A DNA stretch of 34,259 bases from Thermoproteota archaeon (GTDB lineage: Archaea; Korarchaeota; Korarchaeia; B14-G2). How positions within the stretch are numbered: the first letter of the stretch is position 1; each line of letters starts with the position of its first letter. Location of the stretch: the NCBI GenBank assembly GCA_037917675.1, contig JAVCBW010000009.1:1-34259 (forward strand), written 5' to 3'. A program made the translations under genes and the position numbers. Under the pieces are notes generated by a model. That model did no database searches, had not been told where the DNA came from, and worked only from the letters and a program-made list of their open reading frames with translations. Positions 7,809 to 16,716 of the stretch are shown here, piece after piece.

Positions 7809-9222
7809 GGTGCTTTCAGCCCTCACACTCATGCTGCTCACAGCCCTATCAGGCTGCTTAGGCCAGAGGCAAGCCTCTGAGCCTACACCTACATCTGAGG
7901 CTACCTCTACACGTGAAGCTGAAGCTACACCTACCATGACACCTACATCTGCCCCTGTCCCTACTCCTACATCCATCACAGCTACGCCACCTCCATCACC
8001 TACGCCATCAGCTACACCATCTGCTTCCGATGTAGCTGTGTACTCTGTCAGCTGCCCTAGGAGGGCTAGGATAGGAGACGTCTTAGAGGTTGAGGTGAAC
8101 ACGTCAGCTGACATGGTGCTGGTTGAGCTCATGGGCCGTAACTACACGGCTGAGCTCAGAGGCTGCGTTTTCAAGGCCTACGTGAGCCTAGCTAAGGCTC
8201 CTGAGAGGGAGGCTACCATGAGAGTCTACTGCATTAGAGGTAGGGAAGCTGAGGTCAGGGAGCTTAAGCTCTTCGCATATGACATCCCAGAGGTGGAGCT
8301 GAGGGTTGAGCCCCAGAAGCTCACTTTCAGCGAGATCATCATAGAGAAGTATAGGAGGTATCTCGTCAGAGGTCTCCAGCTAGAGGAGGTGAGAGCTGAG
8401 GCTGTGGTCGAAGATAGCTCACAGATACTGGCTGTAACCCTATACTATGGAGCCGATAGCACAGGAACTTTGAGTAGAGGTGTCAGCATGGAGCTCTCAG
8501 AGGGAGGTACATGGAGCTGTACTCTCCCCTGGGAGCTTGGGCTAGAGGCTCTGAGAGCTGGGCTAGCTGATGATGGAGTACACCTTAGAGCTGTGGCAGA
8601 GGACAGGTGGCGTAACAGGGGTGTAGCTGAAGCTAGGCTCATGGTGGAGGTCAGGGAGCTAGTGATAAGGGGAGTCTCCTTCCATGAGCAGATCCATGAG
8701 AAGCCATGGTGCATGACAGCCTGCATCCAGATGCTCCTAGACTACTGGAGCTGTAGCCCCCTCCCATCTCAGGAGGAGATAGCAGAGCATGGTGGGTGGG
8801 GGGAGCCCACATATGGCTTCATATCCTACCTGAGGTCTCTAGGGTTCACCCTAGAGGAGTACAGGGTGAGCATGCAGGAGCAGAAGGTCGCTACAGCTAG
8901 GAGGCTCCTAAGCCAAGGCTACCCTCTGATAGCTGGAGTATTCATCCCAGATCTAGGAGGGCACGCCATAGTCCTATATGGCTATGACAATAGCAGAAAG
9001 AAATTCTACACTCTAGATCCAGCAGGGTGGATGAGAGAGGTGAGCTATGCAGAGTTCAGGCTCAGATGCTACCTGCTATATGTGCTGAAGCCCATCAGCA
9101 TGGGTCTAGGATGCCACCTGACAGGCCATCCAGCCCTCCAAGAGGAAGCTACATGTAAGCTAGAGACTCTGGCGGAGAGGCCAGGATTCTGGTGGAGGTG
9201 GCCTAGATGCATAGAGCCATGA
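7792..9222 (+). CDS. Lipoprotein C39-like (papain-fold) cysteine peptidase with Pro/Thr linker and Ig-like domains
   Basis: Lipobox ALSGC; PTPTS-rich linker; catalytic motifs FHEQ..PWCMTACIQMLLDYW, SQEEIA, GYPLIA, GHAIVLYGYD and YTLDPA. Confidence 0.85.
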   Translation: MAGAARVLSALTLMLLTALSGCLGQRQASEPTPTSEATSTREAEATPTMTPTSAPVPTPTSITATPPPSPTPSATPSASDVAVYSVSCPRRARIGDVLEVEVNTSADMVLVELMGRNYTAELRGCVFKAYVSLAKAPEREATMRVYCIRGREAEVRELKLFAYDIPEVELRVEPQKLTFSEIIIEKYRRYLVRGLQLEEVRAEAVVEDSSQILAVTLYYGADSTGTLSRGVSMELSEGGTWSCTLPWELGLEALRAGLADDGVHLRAVAEDRWRNRGVAEARLMVEVRELVIRGVSFHEQIHEKPWCMTACIQMLLDYWSCSPLPSQEEIAEHGGWGEPTYGFISYLRSLGFTLEEYRVSMQEQKVATARRLLSQGYPLIAGVFIPDLGGHAIVLYGYDNSRKKFYTLDPAGWMREVSYAEFRLRCYLLYVLKPISMGLGCHLTGHPALQEEATCKLETLAERPGFWWRWPRCIEP

Positions 9223-9386
9223 GCTTCCTCATCTCTATGAGCATAGTGGTTGGGGTAGCAGCTTATGGCCTCAGAGAGGTAGGGAGGAGAGCTGAAGTAA
9301 GGCAGTTGGCTCTGCAGCCTCTAGCTGAGTCCATATTGAAGAAGCTCCTCGAGACTCCTGGAAACTGGTCTAGGATGCCACCTGAC
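9103..9386 (+). repeat. Exact 20-bp direct repeat GGTCTAGGATGCCACCTGAC (9103-9122 and 9367-9386)
   Basis: Read directly from the sequence; copies are 264 bp apart and each is followed closely by AGGCC. Confidence 0.9.
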
Positions 9387-9683
9387 CCAGGCCTCTGCAT
9401 TGAGGGAGAGGAGGGAGCACTCTCATATGTGATAGACCAGGTGAAGCTTAGGAGGCTAGCTTCAATGAGTGAGGAAGAGCTTGAAGAGGCCTTCGGGCTA
9501 AAGGGGAAGCATGCTAGGATAGCAGTATACGTCTGGAGCCAGCAGCTAGGGAGGTTCCAGCTCTATGCTGAGGCTGGAGCTAGGGTCAGGAGGGCTGGGG
9601 CCTCAGCTAGGAGCCCAGCTGCCATAGGCCTAGGTGAGGAGCTCAGGCAGGCTCTTGTTGAGGTAGAGGTGTGGGGTGGCTGA
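9207..9683 (+). CDS. Minor pilin-like protein
   Basis: MHRA|MSFLISMSIVVGV class III-like signal; LLETPGNW....PGL motif seen in archaeal pilus-locus minor pilins. Confidence 0.7.
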   Translation: MHRAMSFLISMSIVVGVAAYGLREVGRRAEVRQLALQPLAESILKKLLETPGNWSRMPPDPGLCIEGEEGALSYVIDQVKLRRLASMSEEELEEAFGLKGKHARIAVYVWSQQLGRFQLYAEAGARVRRAGASARSPAAIGLGEELRQALVEVEVWGG

Positions 9684-9685
9684 GC

Positions 9686-10120
9686 ATGCTGGAGCTGGCT
9701 AAGCTCAGGCGTGGAGGCCTTTATAAGCCTCTATTGGCTTCTATGCTTGTGCTAGCTGGTCTTGGAGCCCTGGCTGCCCTGGCTGGGCTTAGGCCTGCCC
9801 TCGTGAGGCTCAGGCTGAGGAGGCAGGCTCAGCAGGCTGCTGAGCTCATTGCAAGAGAGATCCAGTTGGTGACTGAAGCTCACAGGATTGGAGCCAGCTT
9901 AGGCAGGAGGTACATCACGCTACCGAGGTACCTAGTAGACATCATAGAGGTGAATGAGACCCACGTGTGGGCTAGGGCCTCATCAGGAGCTCTATGGGCT
10001 TCTGCTGCAGTCGAGCATGGCTCCCAGCTGGTTAAGGGCAGCTATAGGATCTCACCTGGTGCAGTGGTCCTCTGGATTGAGGGAGATGAGGTGAGAGTAG
10101 GGAACCTTAGAGGTGGGTGA
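9686..10120 (+). CDS. Minor pilin-like protein
   Basis: KLRRG|GLYKPLLASMLVLAGLGALA; AAELIAREIQLV...G..YITLP pattern. Confidence 0.65.
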   Translation: MLELAKLRRGGLYKPLLASMLVLAGLGALAALAGLRPALVRLRLRRQAQQAAELIAREIQLVTEAHRIGASLGRRYITLPRYLVDIIEVNETHVWARASSGALWASAAVEHGSQLVKGSYRISPGAVVLWIEGDEVRVGNLRGG

Positions 10121-11072
10121 GTTGGATCTGGCTCCAGCTGAAGCCTTAATTGCATCAGTGATGGTAGCTGTCATGCTACTAGCTGGGCTCTCTGCCATGG
10201 AGCCGAGGTGGCATGGGAGCAAGCAGCTTGCTCTAGGGCTCGCTGGATCCTTAACACCGCTTGCTACAGAGTACCTGGAGTCTGACATGGAGCTTGAGGA
10301 CCTCAGGAGCAGAGCTGGAAGATGGCTTCAGCCATATGAGATGGAGATGAGGCTTGAGGGCGGGGTTAAGCTAGTCTACATGCTCGGGGGCTTCAGGTGT
10401 GAGCTTGAGGCTAAGCCTAGCCCCAGGAGGGTGGAGGCTAACGCCATGCTGCCAGTCCAGCTTCCGAGAGGACAGCTGAAGGGCTTCGCCATACCATATA
10501 GGAGAGCCTTCTACGCTAGAGACTGGCTTGAAGTCTACCTAGCCTTCATGTTTGAGAGAGGCGAGCCAGCTCCACCTGCCCTCAAGGTTGAGGCTACCTT
10601 ACTTGACAGTAGAGGCAGACCAGTAGCTATGCTTGGGGCTACCCCAGTCGACATGAGCTATACCCTCTATAGAGTTAGGTGGCTCATACCAGAGGAGCTG
10701 AGCCCTGGGAGGTATGAGCTCAGATCCACTTACACTGGCCCTGGTGGCCTCTGGGCTGAGGCTTCAGCTGAGCTCATGGTGGCAGCTGGCATGCCACCTA
10801 GCCTGAGTGAGCTTATCCCAGTGAGATGGTGGTGGAGGCTTGGAGAGAAGTGTGAGCTAACCGTGACGAAGCCTGGTGTAGCATTCAGCGTGAAGCATTC
10901 GCTTAAGGGCCGCTATGTATCAGGGAGAGCTGAGGGCACAGTAGTAGGCTTCAGCTTTACAAGCCCAGTTAACCTCGCTCCTGGCGTCTATGTGGTGGAG
11001 GCAGCAGGCTGCAGAGTTCCCGTAGTGCTCCTCCCCTTCCCAGCTTACGTGCTGATTGAGGTGGGTAGTTGA
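10113..11072 (+). CDS. Pilin-like protein with Ig-like C-terminal domains
   Basis: EALIASVMVAVMLL N-terminal helix; LLDSRGRPV..W.IP..L.PGRYEL and LAPGVYVVEA Ig-fold motifs. Confidence 0.62.
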   Translation: MGELDLAPAEALIASVMVAVMLLAGLSAMEPRWHGSKQLALGLAGSLTPLATEYLESDMELEDLRSRAGRWLQPYEMEMRLEGGVKLVYMLGGFRCELEAKPSPRRVEANAMLPVQLPRGQLKGFAIPYRRAFYARDWLEVYLAFMFERGEPAPPALKVEATLLDSRGRPVAMLGATPVDMSYTLYRVRWLIPEELSPGRYELRSTYTGPGGLWAEASAELMVAAGMPPSLSELIPVRWWWRLGEKCELTVTKPGVAFSVKHSLKGRYVSGRAEGTVVGFSFTSPVNLAPGVYVVEAAGCRVPVVLLPFPAYVLIEVGS

Positions 11073-11977
11073 GAGCTAAGCTAGGTCTACTTGCTGCAGC
11101 CACCTCAGCTGTCCTCCTATATTGGGGTATAGTGTGCTTCCATGCTGGGCTCATGCTGCTTAACACACCAGTTGAGCTCGAGGATAGCTGGGTGAGCTAT
11201 GCTAGCAGCAGGATCCCAAGTGAGTTGCTTGAGCACATTGAGAAGCTGAGCTTCGACAGCGCAGTTGACGTGCTTAACCAAGCTGCGCTAGTTTACCTGG
11301 TAATGGCTTTCTTCCCTGCTGCTATAGCAGCTTCATTCAAACATGAGCTGTACAGGGGAGAGGACAGGGAGAGGGAGCTGCTCTACATAGCTCTGCTGCT
11401 ACCTGCTGCCATAGCAGCTGCCTTTCCTCTCCCAGAGTCCTACTGGTCTAGAGCTAGGCTGCTCCCCTGGCCTATCCCAGCTGTCACAGCTGTGCTCCTT
11501 GCATGCGGGCTCAAGCCTAAGGCCTATCCTCTCCCACAGCTGATTGCAGCAACACCAGCTGTCTGGCTGCTAGCGCAGCAGCTGCTTACAGGAGATCAGA
11601 GCGTAGTGATGGCAGCATACGTAGTGGCAGTGGCTCTCATAGCTAGCGCTATGCTAGCTGAAGCCTCTACTAGACAGCACTCGAGTAGGATAGTAGGCTG
11701 GCTTATTGCAGTAGCTCTACCTCTCATGCTAGCGCTACTAGTGAGCTGGCTGCTTAAGCTCCCCTGTCTCCCAGCGTCCATTTCGGCACCTAAGCATGTT
11801 GCAGCAGGAGCTCCTGCTGCAGCCATCACTACAGCAATGGCAGCGATCCTATCGAGAGAAGGAGGGGAGGAGGTGACGATAGGGGAGCATAGAGTGAGAG
11901 GGCTCAGGCTGCTTACTGAGCTACTGGGAGTGGAGGTGTCGCTAGCTGAAGCTGAGGAGAAGCAGAGGCAGAAATAG
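11069..11977 (+). CDS. Multi-pass membrane protein of unknown function
   Basis: Roughly 8 hydrophobic segments; 4-nt overlap (TTGA) with the upstream gene. Confidence 0.7.
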   Translation: MRAKLGLLAAATSAVLLYWGIVCFHAGLMLLNTPVELEDSWVSYASSRIPSELLEHIEKLSFDSAVDVLNQAALVYLVMAFFPAAIAASFKHELYRGEDRERELLYIALLLPAAIAAAFPLPESYWSRARLLPWPIPAVTAVLLACGLKPKAYPLPQLIAATPAVWLLAQQLLTGDQSVVMAAYVVAVALIASAMLAEASTRQHSSRIVGWLIAVALPLMLALLVSWLLKLPCLPASISAPKHVAAGAPAAAITTAMAAILSREGGEEVTIGEHRVRGLRLLTELLGVEVSLAEAEEKQRQK

Positions 11978-12110
11978 AAGGGCAGATGAGCTATACCAAG
12001 CTTCCTTCGAGCCCACCAGTAGAGGGCTTGAGCTCATTGAGGGCTGTGCTTGGAGAACTGTAGGCAGAGAGTATAGGCTAGTAGAGATACCGCCGCCTCC
12101 AAGTGGGCTG

Positions 12111-13298
12111 ATGAGAGAGCTGCAGAGCTACATAGAGGGGAGGCTCGGCTCTAAGCCTGTGCGTGAGCTCATAAAGGAGGCTGTAGCCAGAGCTGTGAAG
12201 GCTAGAGGCTGGAATCCACCTAAGCAGCTCCTCAGGGCAGCAGCATACCACCTCCTAAAGGACATGGAGGGGCTTGGGAAGCTTACTCCCCTGCTCTGGG
12301 ACCCTGAGATAGAGGACATCAAGCTCCCTAGCAGAGGGGATAGGAGGCTATGGGTCATGCTCTCAGGGCTAACTGGCTGGCTTCCCACCAACGTGGAGCT
12401 AACTGAGGATGAGGCCAGGGAGCTTGTGCTTAAGATGGCTGAGCTATGTGGGAAGCAGGTGAGCCTCGCGAGCCCACGCCTCGAAGGCAAGCTCCCTAGT
12501 GGAGAGAGGGTGCAGGCAGCCCTGGGATATGAGATCTCAGAGGGTGGTACAGCATTTGTCATAAGGAAGTATGTGAGGCGTAAGCTCACTCTATGGGACT
12601 GGGTGAGGCAGCATGCAATAACACCTGAGGCAGCAGCTTACCTCTGGCTTCTCGTAGAGGAGGGGATATCAGGGCTCATAGCTGGGGAGACAGGGTCAGG
12701 TAAGACGACATTCCTCTCAAGCTTGCTCAGGCTCATCCCATGGGACAAGTCTATAATAACTGTAGAGGACACCCCAGAGATAGCACTTGAACACAGGAAC
12801 TGGATCCAGCTCGTCACTAGGCCTGGCTCAGGGTCAACTAGAGAGATAGGGTTCACTGAGCTCATGCGTGACGTGCTCAGGATGCGTCCAGACTACTGCA
12901 TCATAGGAGAGTCTAGGGGAGAGGAGACGAGGATCCTAGCTCAGTTCATAGCAATGGGCCGCACTGGCTTTGCTACCTTCCACGCGATCTCAGTCCAAGA
13001 TGCCTTGAGGAGGCTCCTAAGCCATCCTCTCAGCCTTACTCCAGAGCAGGCAGCCATGTTCAGAGTCATAGTGCTGCTGAGAATCCATGAGGGCAGGAGG
13101 CTTGTAGCTGAGATAGCTGAGACAGAGGCTGAAAACATGCTTGTGAAAGCCAGGAGCCTGTTTAAGCTTAGGGGAGGGAGGCTTGAGGGGAGAGTTGAGG
13201 ACAGCAGAGTCCTAGCGAGAGTAGCTGAGAGAAGAGGATGTAGCATGAGAGAGGTGCTCAGGGATTGGGAGGAGAAGGTGAGGAGGCTCAGGAGCTGA
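12111..13298 (+). CDS. Type II/IV secretion ATPase (VirB11/CpaF/FlaI family); true start probably upstream (11946 or 11986)
   Basis: LTPLLWDPEIEDI, Walker A GETGSGKTT, TVEDTPE, Walker B LRMRPDYCIIGESRGEE, ATFHA; frame is open back to 11946. Confidence 0.95.
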   Translation: MRELQSYIEGRLGSKPVRELIKEAVARAVKARGWNPPKQLLRAAAYHLLKDMEGLGKLTPLLWDPEIEDIKLPSRGDRRLWVMLSGLTGWLPTNVELTEDEARELVLKMAELCGKQVSLASPRLEGKLPSGERVQAALGYEISEGGTAFVIRKYVRRKLTLWDWVRQHAITPEAAAYLWLLVEEGISGLIAGETGSGKTTFLSSLLRLIPWDKSIITVEDTPEIALEHRNWIQLVTRPGSGSTREIGFTELMRDVLRMRPDYCIIGESRGEETRILAQFIAMGRTGFATFHAISVQDALRRLLSHPLSLTPEQAAMFRVIVLLRIHEGRRLVAEIAETEAENMLVKARSLFKLRGGRLEGRVEDSRVLARVAERRGCSMREVLRDWEEKVRRLRS

Positions 13299-14818
13299 TC
13301 CCTAAGCCTAGGCTGGCATACAGGATTGCCTGTAGACTCTTCCCTGAGAGCCAGCTGGCTAGGAGCCTAGCTGACAAGATGCCTGAGGATGCTGCTAAGG
13401 AGCTGCTGTCCACAGCTCTAGCTGCAGCCTCACTTGCAGCTGCAGTAGGCTACATGGCGAGAGCGCCTCTACCACTGGCGATGCTTCCACTCATAGCTGT
13501 CCCAGTGAGCCTGCTAGCACCCAGGTTAGAGGCTAGGTCTCTAGGTAAGGAGCTTGACCACAAGCTCTGGCATGTACTGGGAGCGATCTGGATCCTGTTC
13601 ACAGCTGGAAAGAACCTCTCCACTTCACTCGAGGCTGCAGCTAGAACCTCAGGAGGAAAAGCGAGGAGGTGGCTGAGCAGAGCAGCTGCTCACGTGAGGC
13701 ATCTAGGGCCTATGAGAGGGCTTAAGCTAAGCATAGACTTATGCCCATCTAGGAGGCTGAGGCAGCTACTGGAGAGGCTTCTAGACTACTATGTTGGGAG
13801 AGGGGAGGTGACCATAGATATGCTGAGGCGTGAGCTAGAGGAGCAGAGCACTCTTATAGAAGAGCAGCTTAAAGCTGCAGCGAGAAGACACATGCTTCTC
13901 CTCACAACATACACCATAGTGATGGTTGTCTTCCCAGTTGTGCTTGCTCTAGTATATGTGTTCAAGGCTGTAGCTGAGCTAGCTCAGCTAGACCTGATGC
14001 CGTTCATCATGGTGGTAGTGCTCCCTGCACCAGCTTTCATAGCCTTGTTCAGAGGGCAACCCAAGCTCTATAGGCTACCGAGGAAGCTTGTAGCTGTAAG
14101 CTGGGCTATAGCTTTAGCAGCTAGCAGCATGATGCTGGCAGCAGGCCTGAGCCTAGAGGTAGCAGGTCTAGCACTAGGCTTATGCTACCTTGTGGTAGCT
14201 AGAGAAGAGGAGAAGCTCCACCAGCAGGCAATAGAGCTACCTAAGCTCCTAGAGGACATCAGCGCTGAGCTGGCTGGAGGTAGGACGCTGAGCAAAGCTG
14301 TCCTCAGGGTGCAGGCAGAGTACAGCGGACTAAAAGAGGCGCTCAAGAGGATTAAAGCTCAGGCAGAGCTCTCAGCACCCTACAGCAGGACGCTTAAGGC
14401 AATGCAGAGAGCAGTGAGGCACGTGGAGACATCAAGCCTCCTAAGGCTGCTTGAGGAAGCTCTGAACTCCGGCGCAAGCCTACAGGAGGCTTTGAGGAGC
14501 ACATCAGAGTTCGGGAGGAGGCTCAGAGTAATATTCCTGAGGACAGAGGCAGAGAAAAAGCAGCACTACATCATAGTAGTAGCATGCTTCACCATAGCAG
14601 TAGCAAGCATCACACTAATCCAAGCACACCTAGGACTACAGGAGCTAATCCCACAGCAGGCAGAAGAGCTAGCACAGACACTAGACAAGCTTATAGCAGC
14701 ACAGGCGATAGCAGTAGGCCTAGTACTAGGCACAGCGAGAACAGGACACCTGACCTCAGGGCTAAGAGAGGTAGGCATCCTATCTGCCATAACCCTACTA
14801 GCACAGATGCTAGCCTGA
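13265..14818 (+). CDS. Type II secretion system F-family platform protein (TadC/FlaJ-like, two T2SSF domains)
   Basis: Follows the ATPase; two modules (TAGKNLSTSL..CPSRRLRQLL and ELPKLLEDISAELAGGRTLSKA..ALNSGASL) each followed by TM pairs. Confidence 0.88.
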   Translation: MGGEGEEAQELIPKPRLAYRIACRLFPESQLARSLADKMPEDAAKELLSTALAAASLAAAVGYMARAPLPLAMLPLIAVPVSLLAPRLEARSLGKELDHKLWHVLGAIWILFTAGKNLSTSLEAAARTSGGKARRWLSRAAAHVRHLGPMRGLKLSIDLCPSRRLRQLLERLLDYYVGRGEVTIDMLRRELEEQSTLIEEQLKAAARRHMLLLTTYTIVMVVFPVVLALVYVFKAVAELAQLDLMPFIMVVVLPAPAFIALFRGQPKLYRLPRKLVAVSWAIALAASSMMLAAGLSLEVAGLALGLCYLVVAREEEKLHQQAIELPKLLEDISAELAGGRTLSKAVLRVQAEYSGLKEALKRIKAQAELSAPYSRTLKAMQRAVRHVETSSLLRLLEEALNSGASLQEALRSTSEFGRRLRVIFLRTEAEKKQHYIIVVACFTIAVASITLIQAHLGLQELIPQQAEELAQTLDKLIAAQAIAVGLVLGTARTGHLTSGLREVGILSAITLLAQMLA

Positions 14819-14966
14819 TAGCTGAGGAGGTAGCTGAGCTCACCTCAGAGAGAAGCGTGGAAAAGGATCAAGGTGAAGCTTAGCTGACGTAGACGCTTAC
14901 ATTCTAGCTATATGCCTGCTAGCTGGTGTAGCTGCATGTGAGAGCAGCAAGGCTATAGAAGGATAG
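14818..14966 (+). pseudogene. Possible remnant of a VapC/PIN toxin C-terminus
   Basis: Three-frame stitch IAEEVAELT / REAWKRIKVKLS / DVDAYILAICLLAG resembles the PIN LS.xD.xI.A motif; short, so uncertain. Confidence 0.3.
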
Positions 14967-15133
14967 CTATAGCTCAGTCTTTATCTCAGCATCCACAGCA
15001 TGCATCTATACAGGCCCACTAAGCTTGAGGTGAAGCCTCTAACAGGATGCTAGAGCCTACTTACATCTGTTAGATTCTATGTGCTGAAGACTGGAGGTGC
15101 AGGTTGATGGCTACAAGATGAGCTAGCCATGAC

Positions 15134-15140
15134 TTTTAAG
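15134..15140 (+). promoter_or_regulatory. Putative TATA box
   Basis: TTTTAAG about 30 nt upstream of ATG 15170. Confidence 0.4.
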
Positions 15141-15169
15141 TGTAGTAGCTGTGTAGCTGCAGTGAGAAT

Positions 15170-15706
15170 ATGAGGATGCAGCTTAAGGTGCTGTTTGGTG
15201 TCTCCCCATTTCTAGCTGCCTTCATCTTTATAGCCGCCTCCATACTGGCTTACCCTGGTTTCAGCTGGAGGAGGAACGCCTTGAGCGACCTGGGGCATGC
15301 TACGAGAAGCAGGTCTGCTGTCCTATACAACTTTGGGATCTTCACATCAGGCTTCCTAATGGGCTTATATGCTGCCACCTGCGTATCTAAGAGGAGACCT
15401 GCTACAGCTCTGTGTACTGGGCTAGCTGGATATGTACTTGGGCTTGTAGCTGTGTTCGATGAGGTATATGGGCAAGTCCACGTAGCTGTCTCAACCTTAT
15501 TCTTCCTGACGCTGTTAGCGAGCTCCATAGCCTACTCAGCTGAGGGCAGGTGGCTCCCTCCAGCAGTGCTAGCTGTGCTCGGTGTCTTTGTGTGGGCTGC
15601 CTTCTGGGCTAGTCTGCTAGAGTGTGGTGTTGCAGTCCCTGAAGCAATATCCGTCATATTGGTCTTCATATGGTACCTTAAGCTGGTAGCTGAGGCTAGC
15701 AGGTGA
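15170..15706 (+). CDS. DUF998-family membrane protein
   Basis: YPGFSWRRNALSDLG, YNFG, VAVFDE..G.VH motifs; multiple TM segments. Confidence 0.85.
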   Translation: MRMQLKVLFGVSPFLAAFIFIAASILAYPGFSWRRNALSDLGHATRSRSAVLYNFGIFTSGFLMGLYAATCVSKRRPATALCTGLAGYVLGLVAVFDEVYGQVHVAVSTLFFLTLLASSIAYSAEGRWLPPAVLAVLGVFVWAAFWASLLECGVAVPEAISVILVFIWYLKLVAEASR

Positions 15707-15728
15707 GTTTTTAAGATGCCTGCTAGAG

Positions 15729-16664
15729 GTGAAGCATATGCCTGAAGCAAGCTTATATGCCATACCAGGGCTCTCTGGTGTATGGGTTATTGAAGACATC
15801 ACTAGAAACAGCTTCTTCATATACAAGGTGAAGAGGGTCTTAGAGTACGTGAGAAGCAGATACCAGGAGATCTGTGTGACAGAAACATATGACTTTGGGC
15901 TTGCTCTCATGCTCGATGGGAGAGTACAGTTCACTGAGCGAGATGAAGCAGTATACCATGAGGCACTAGTTCACCCTGTCATGCTAGCCCACAGGAACCC
16001 TGAGAGAGTGCTGATAGTTGGTGGAGGAGACGGGCTTGCCCTAAGAGAGGTGCTCAAGCATAACTGTGTCAAAAGAGCTGAGCTTGTCGACCTAGATGAG
16101 GCTGTCATAGAGGTCTGTAGAAGACACTTCAGGAAGATCCTCAGTGGAGCATTTGAAGACCCTCGTGTAAGAGTACACATAGGTGAGGGCAGAGAGTTTC
16201 TAGAGAAAGCACCTGAAAGACACTATGATATAGTGATACTTGACCTAACAGACCCTCTTGGAGGAGGGCCAGAGAAGCTCCTCTACACCATCGAGTTCTA
16301 TAAGCTCGTTAGGAAAGCTCTCAAGGAAGAGGGGCTCATGGCGACTCAAGCTACATCACCATTCTACCCCAGAGTATTTGGAAGCATAGTGAAGACTGTG
16401 AGAGAGGTATTCCCGAGCATAAGCTACCACCTAGCTTTCGTCCCATCATACTCTCTCCCATGGGCATTCATCACAGCAGGCGAGAAGCTGCCTGAGCTGA
16501 AAGCAAGCGAAGTGGCTAGCATAATGAGGAAGAGGGGAGTGAAGCTGAGGTACTTCAGCTCTGAGATGATAGCCTCACTTAGAGCCTGGGTGACTTCACC
16601 TGAGCTAGCTGAGATAATCAGAGAGGCAGCTGTCGCCACCGACAAAAGGCCGCTGCCACATTAG
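15729..16664 (+). CDS. speE: Polyamine aminopropyltransferase (spermidine synthase)
   Basis: SRYQEI, LMLDGRVQFTERDEAVYHEALVH, VLIVGGGDG, LVDLDE, YDIVILDLTDP, LYTIEFY. Confidence 0.95.
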   Translation: MKHMPEASLYAIPGLSGVWVIEDITRNSFFIYKVKRVLEYVRSRYQEICVTETYDFGLALMLDGRVQFTERDEAVYHEALVHPVMLAHRNPERVLIVGGGDGLALREVLKHNCVKRAELVDLDEAVIEVCRRHFRKILSGAFEDPRVRVHIGEGREFLEKAPERHYDIVILDLTDPLGGGPEKLLYTIEFYKLVRKALKEEGLMATQATSPFYPRVFGSIVKTVREVFPSISYHLAFVPSYSLPWAFITAGEKLPELKASEVASIMRKRGVKLRYFSSEMIASLRAWVTSPELAEIIREAAVATDKRPLPH

Positions 16665-16716
16665 CCTGCGAGCTCAAACAGGAGAGACTCGACCTCAGGA
16701 GTCAGCTCCGCTCTCT

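Noticed and set aside
1807-14818. Archaellum (fla/arl) operon
   Set aside because: No FlaH/ArlH ATPase or recognisable archaellin; pilin domains and gene set fit a non-archaellum T4P locus.
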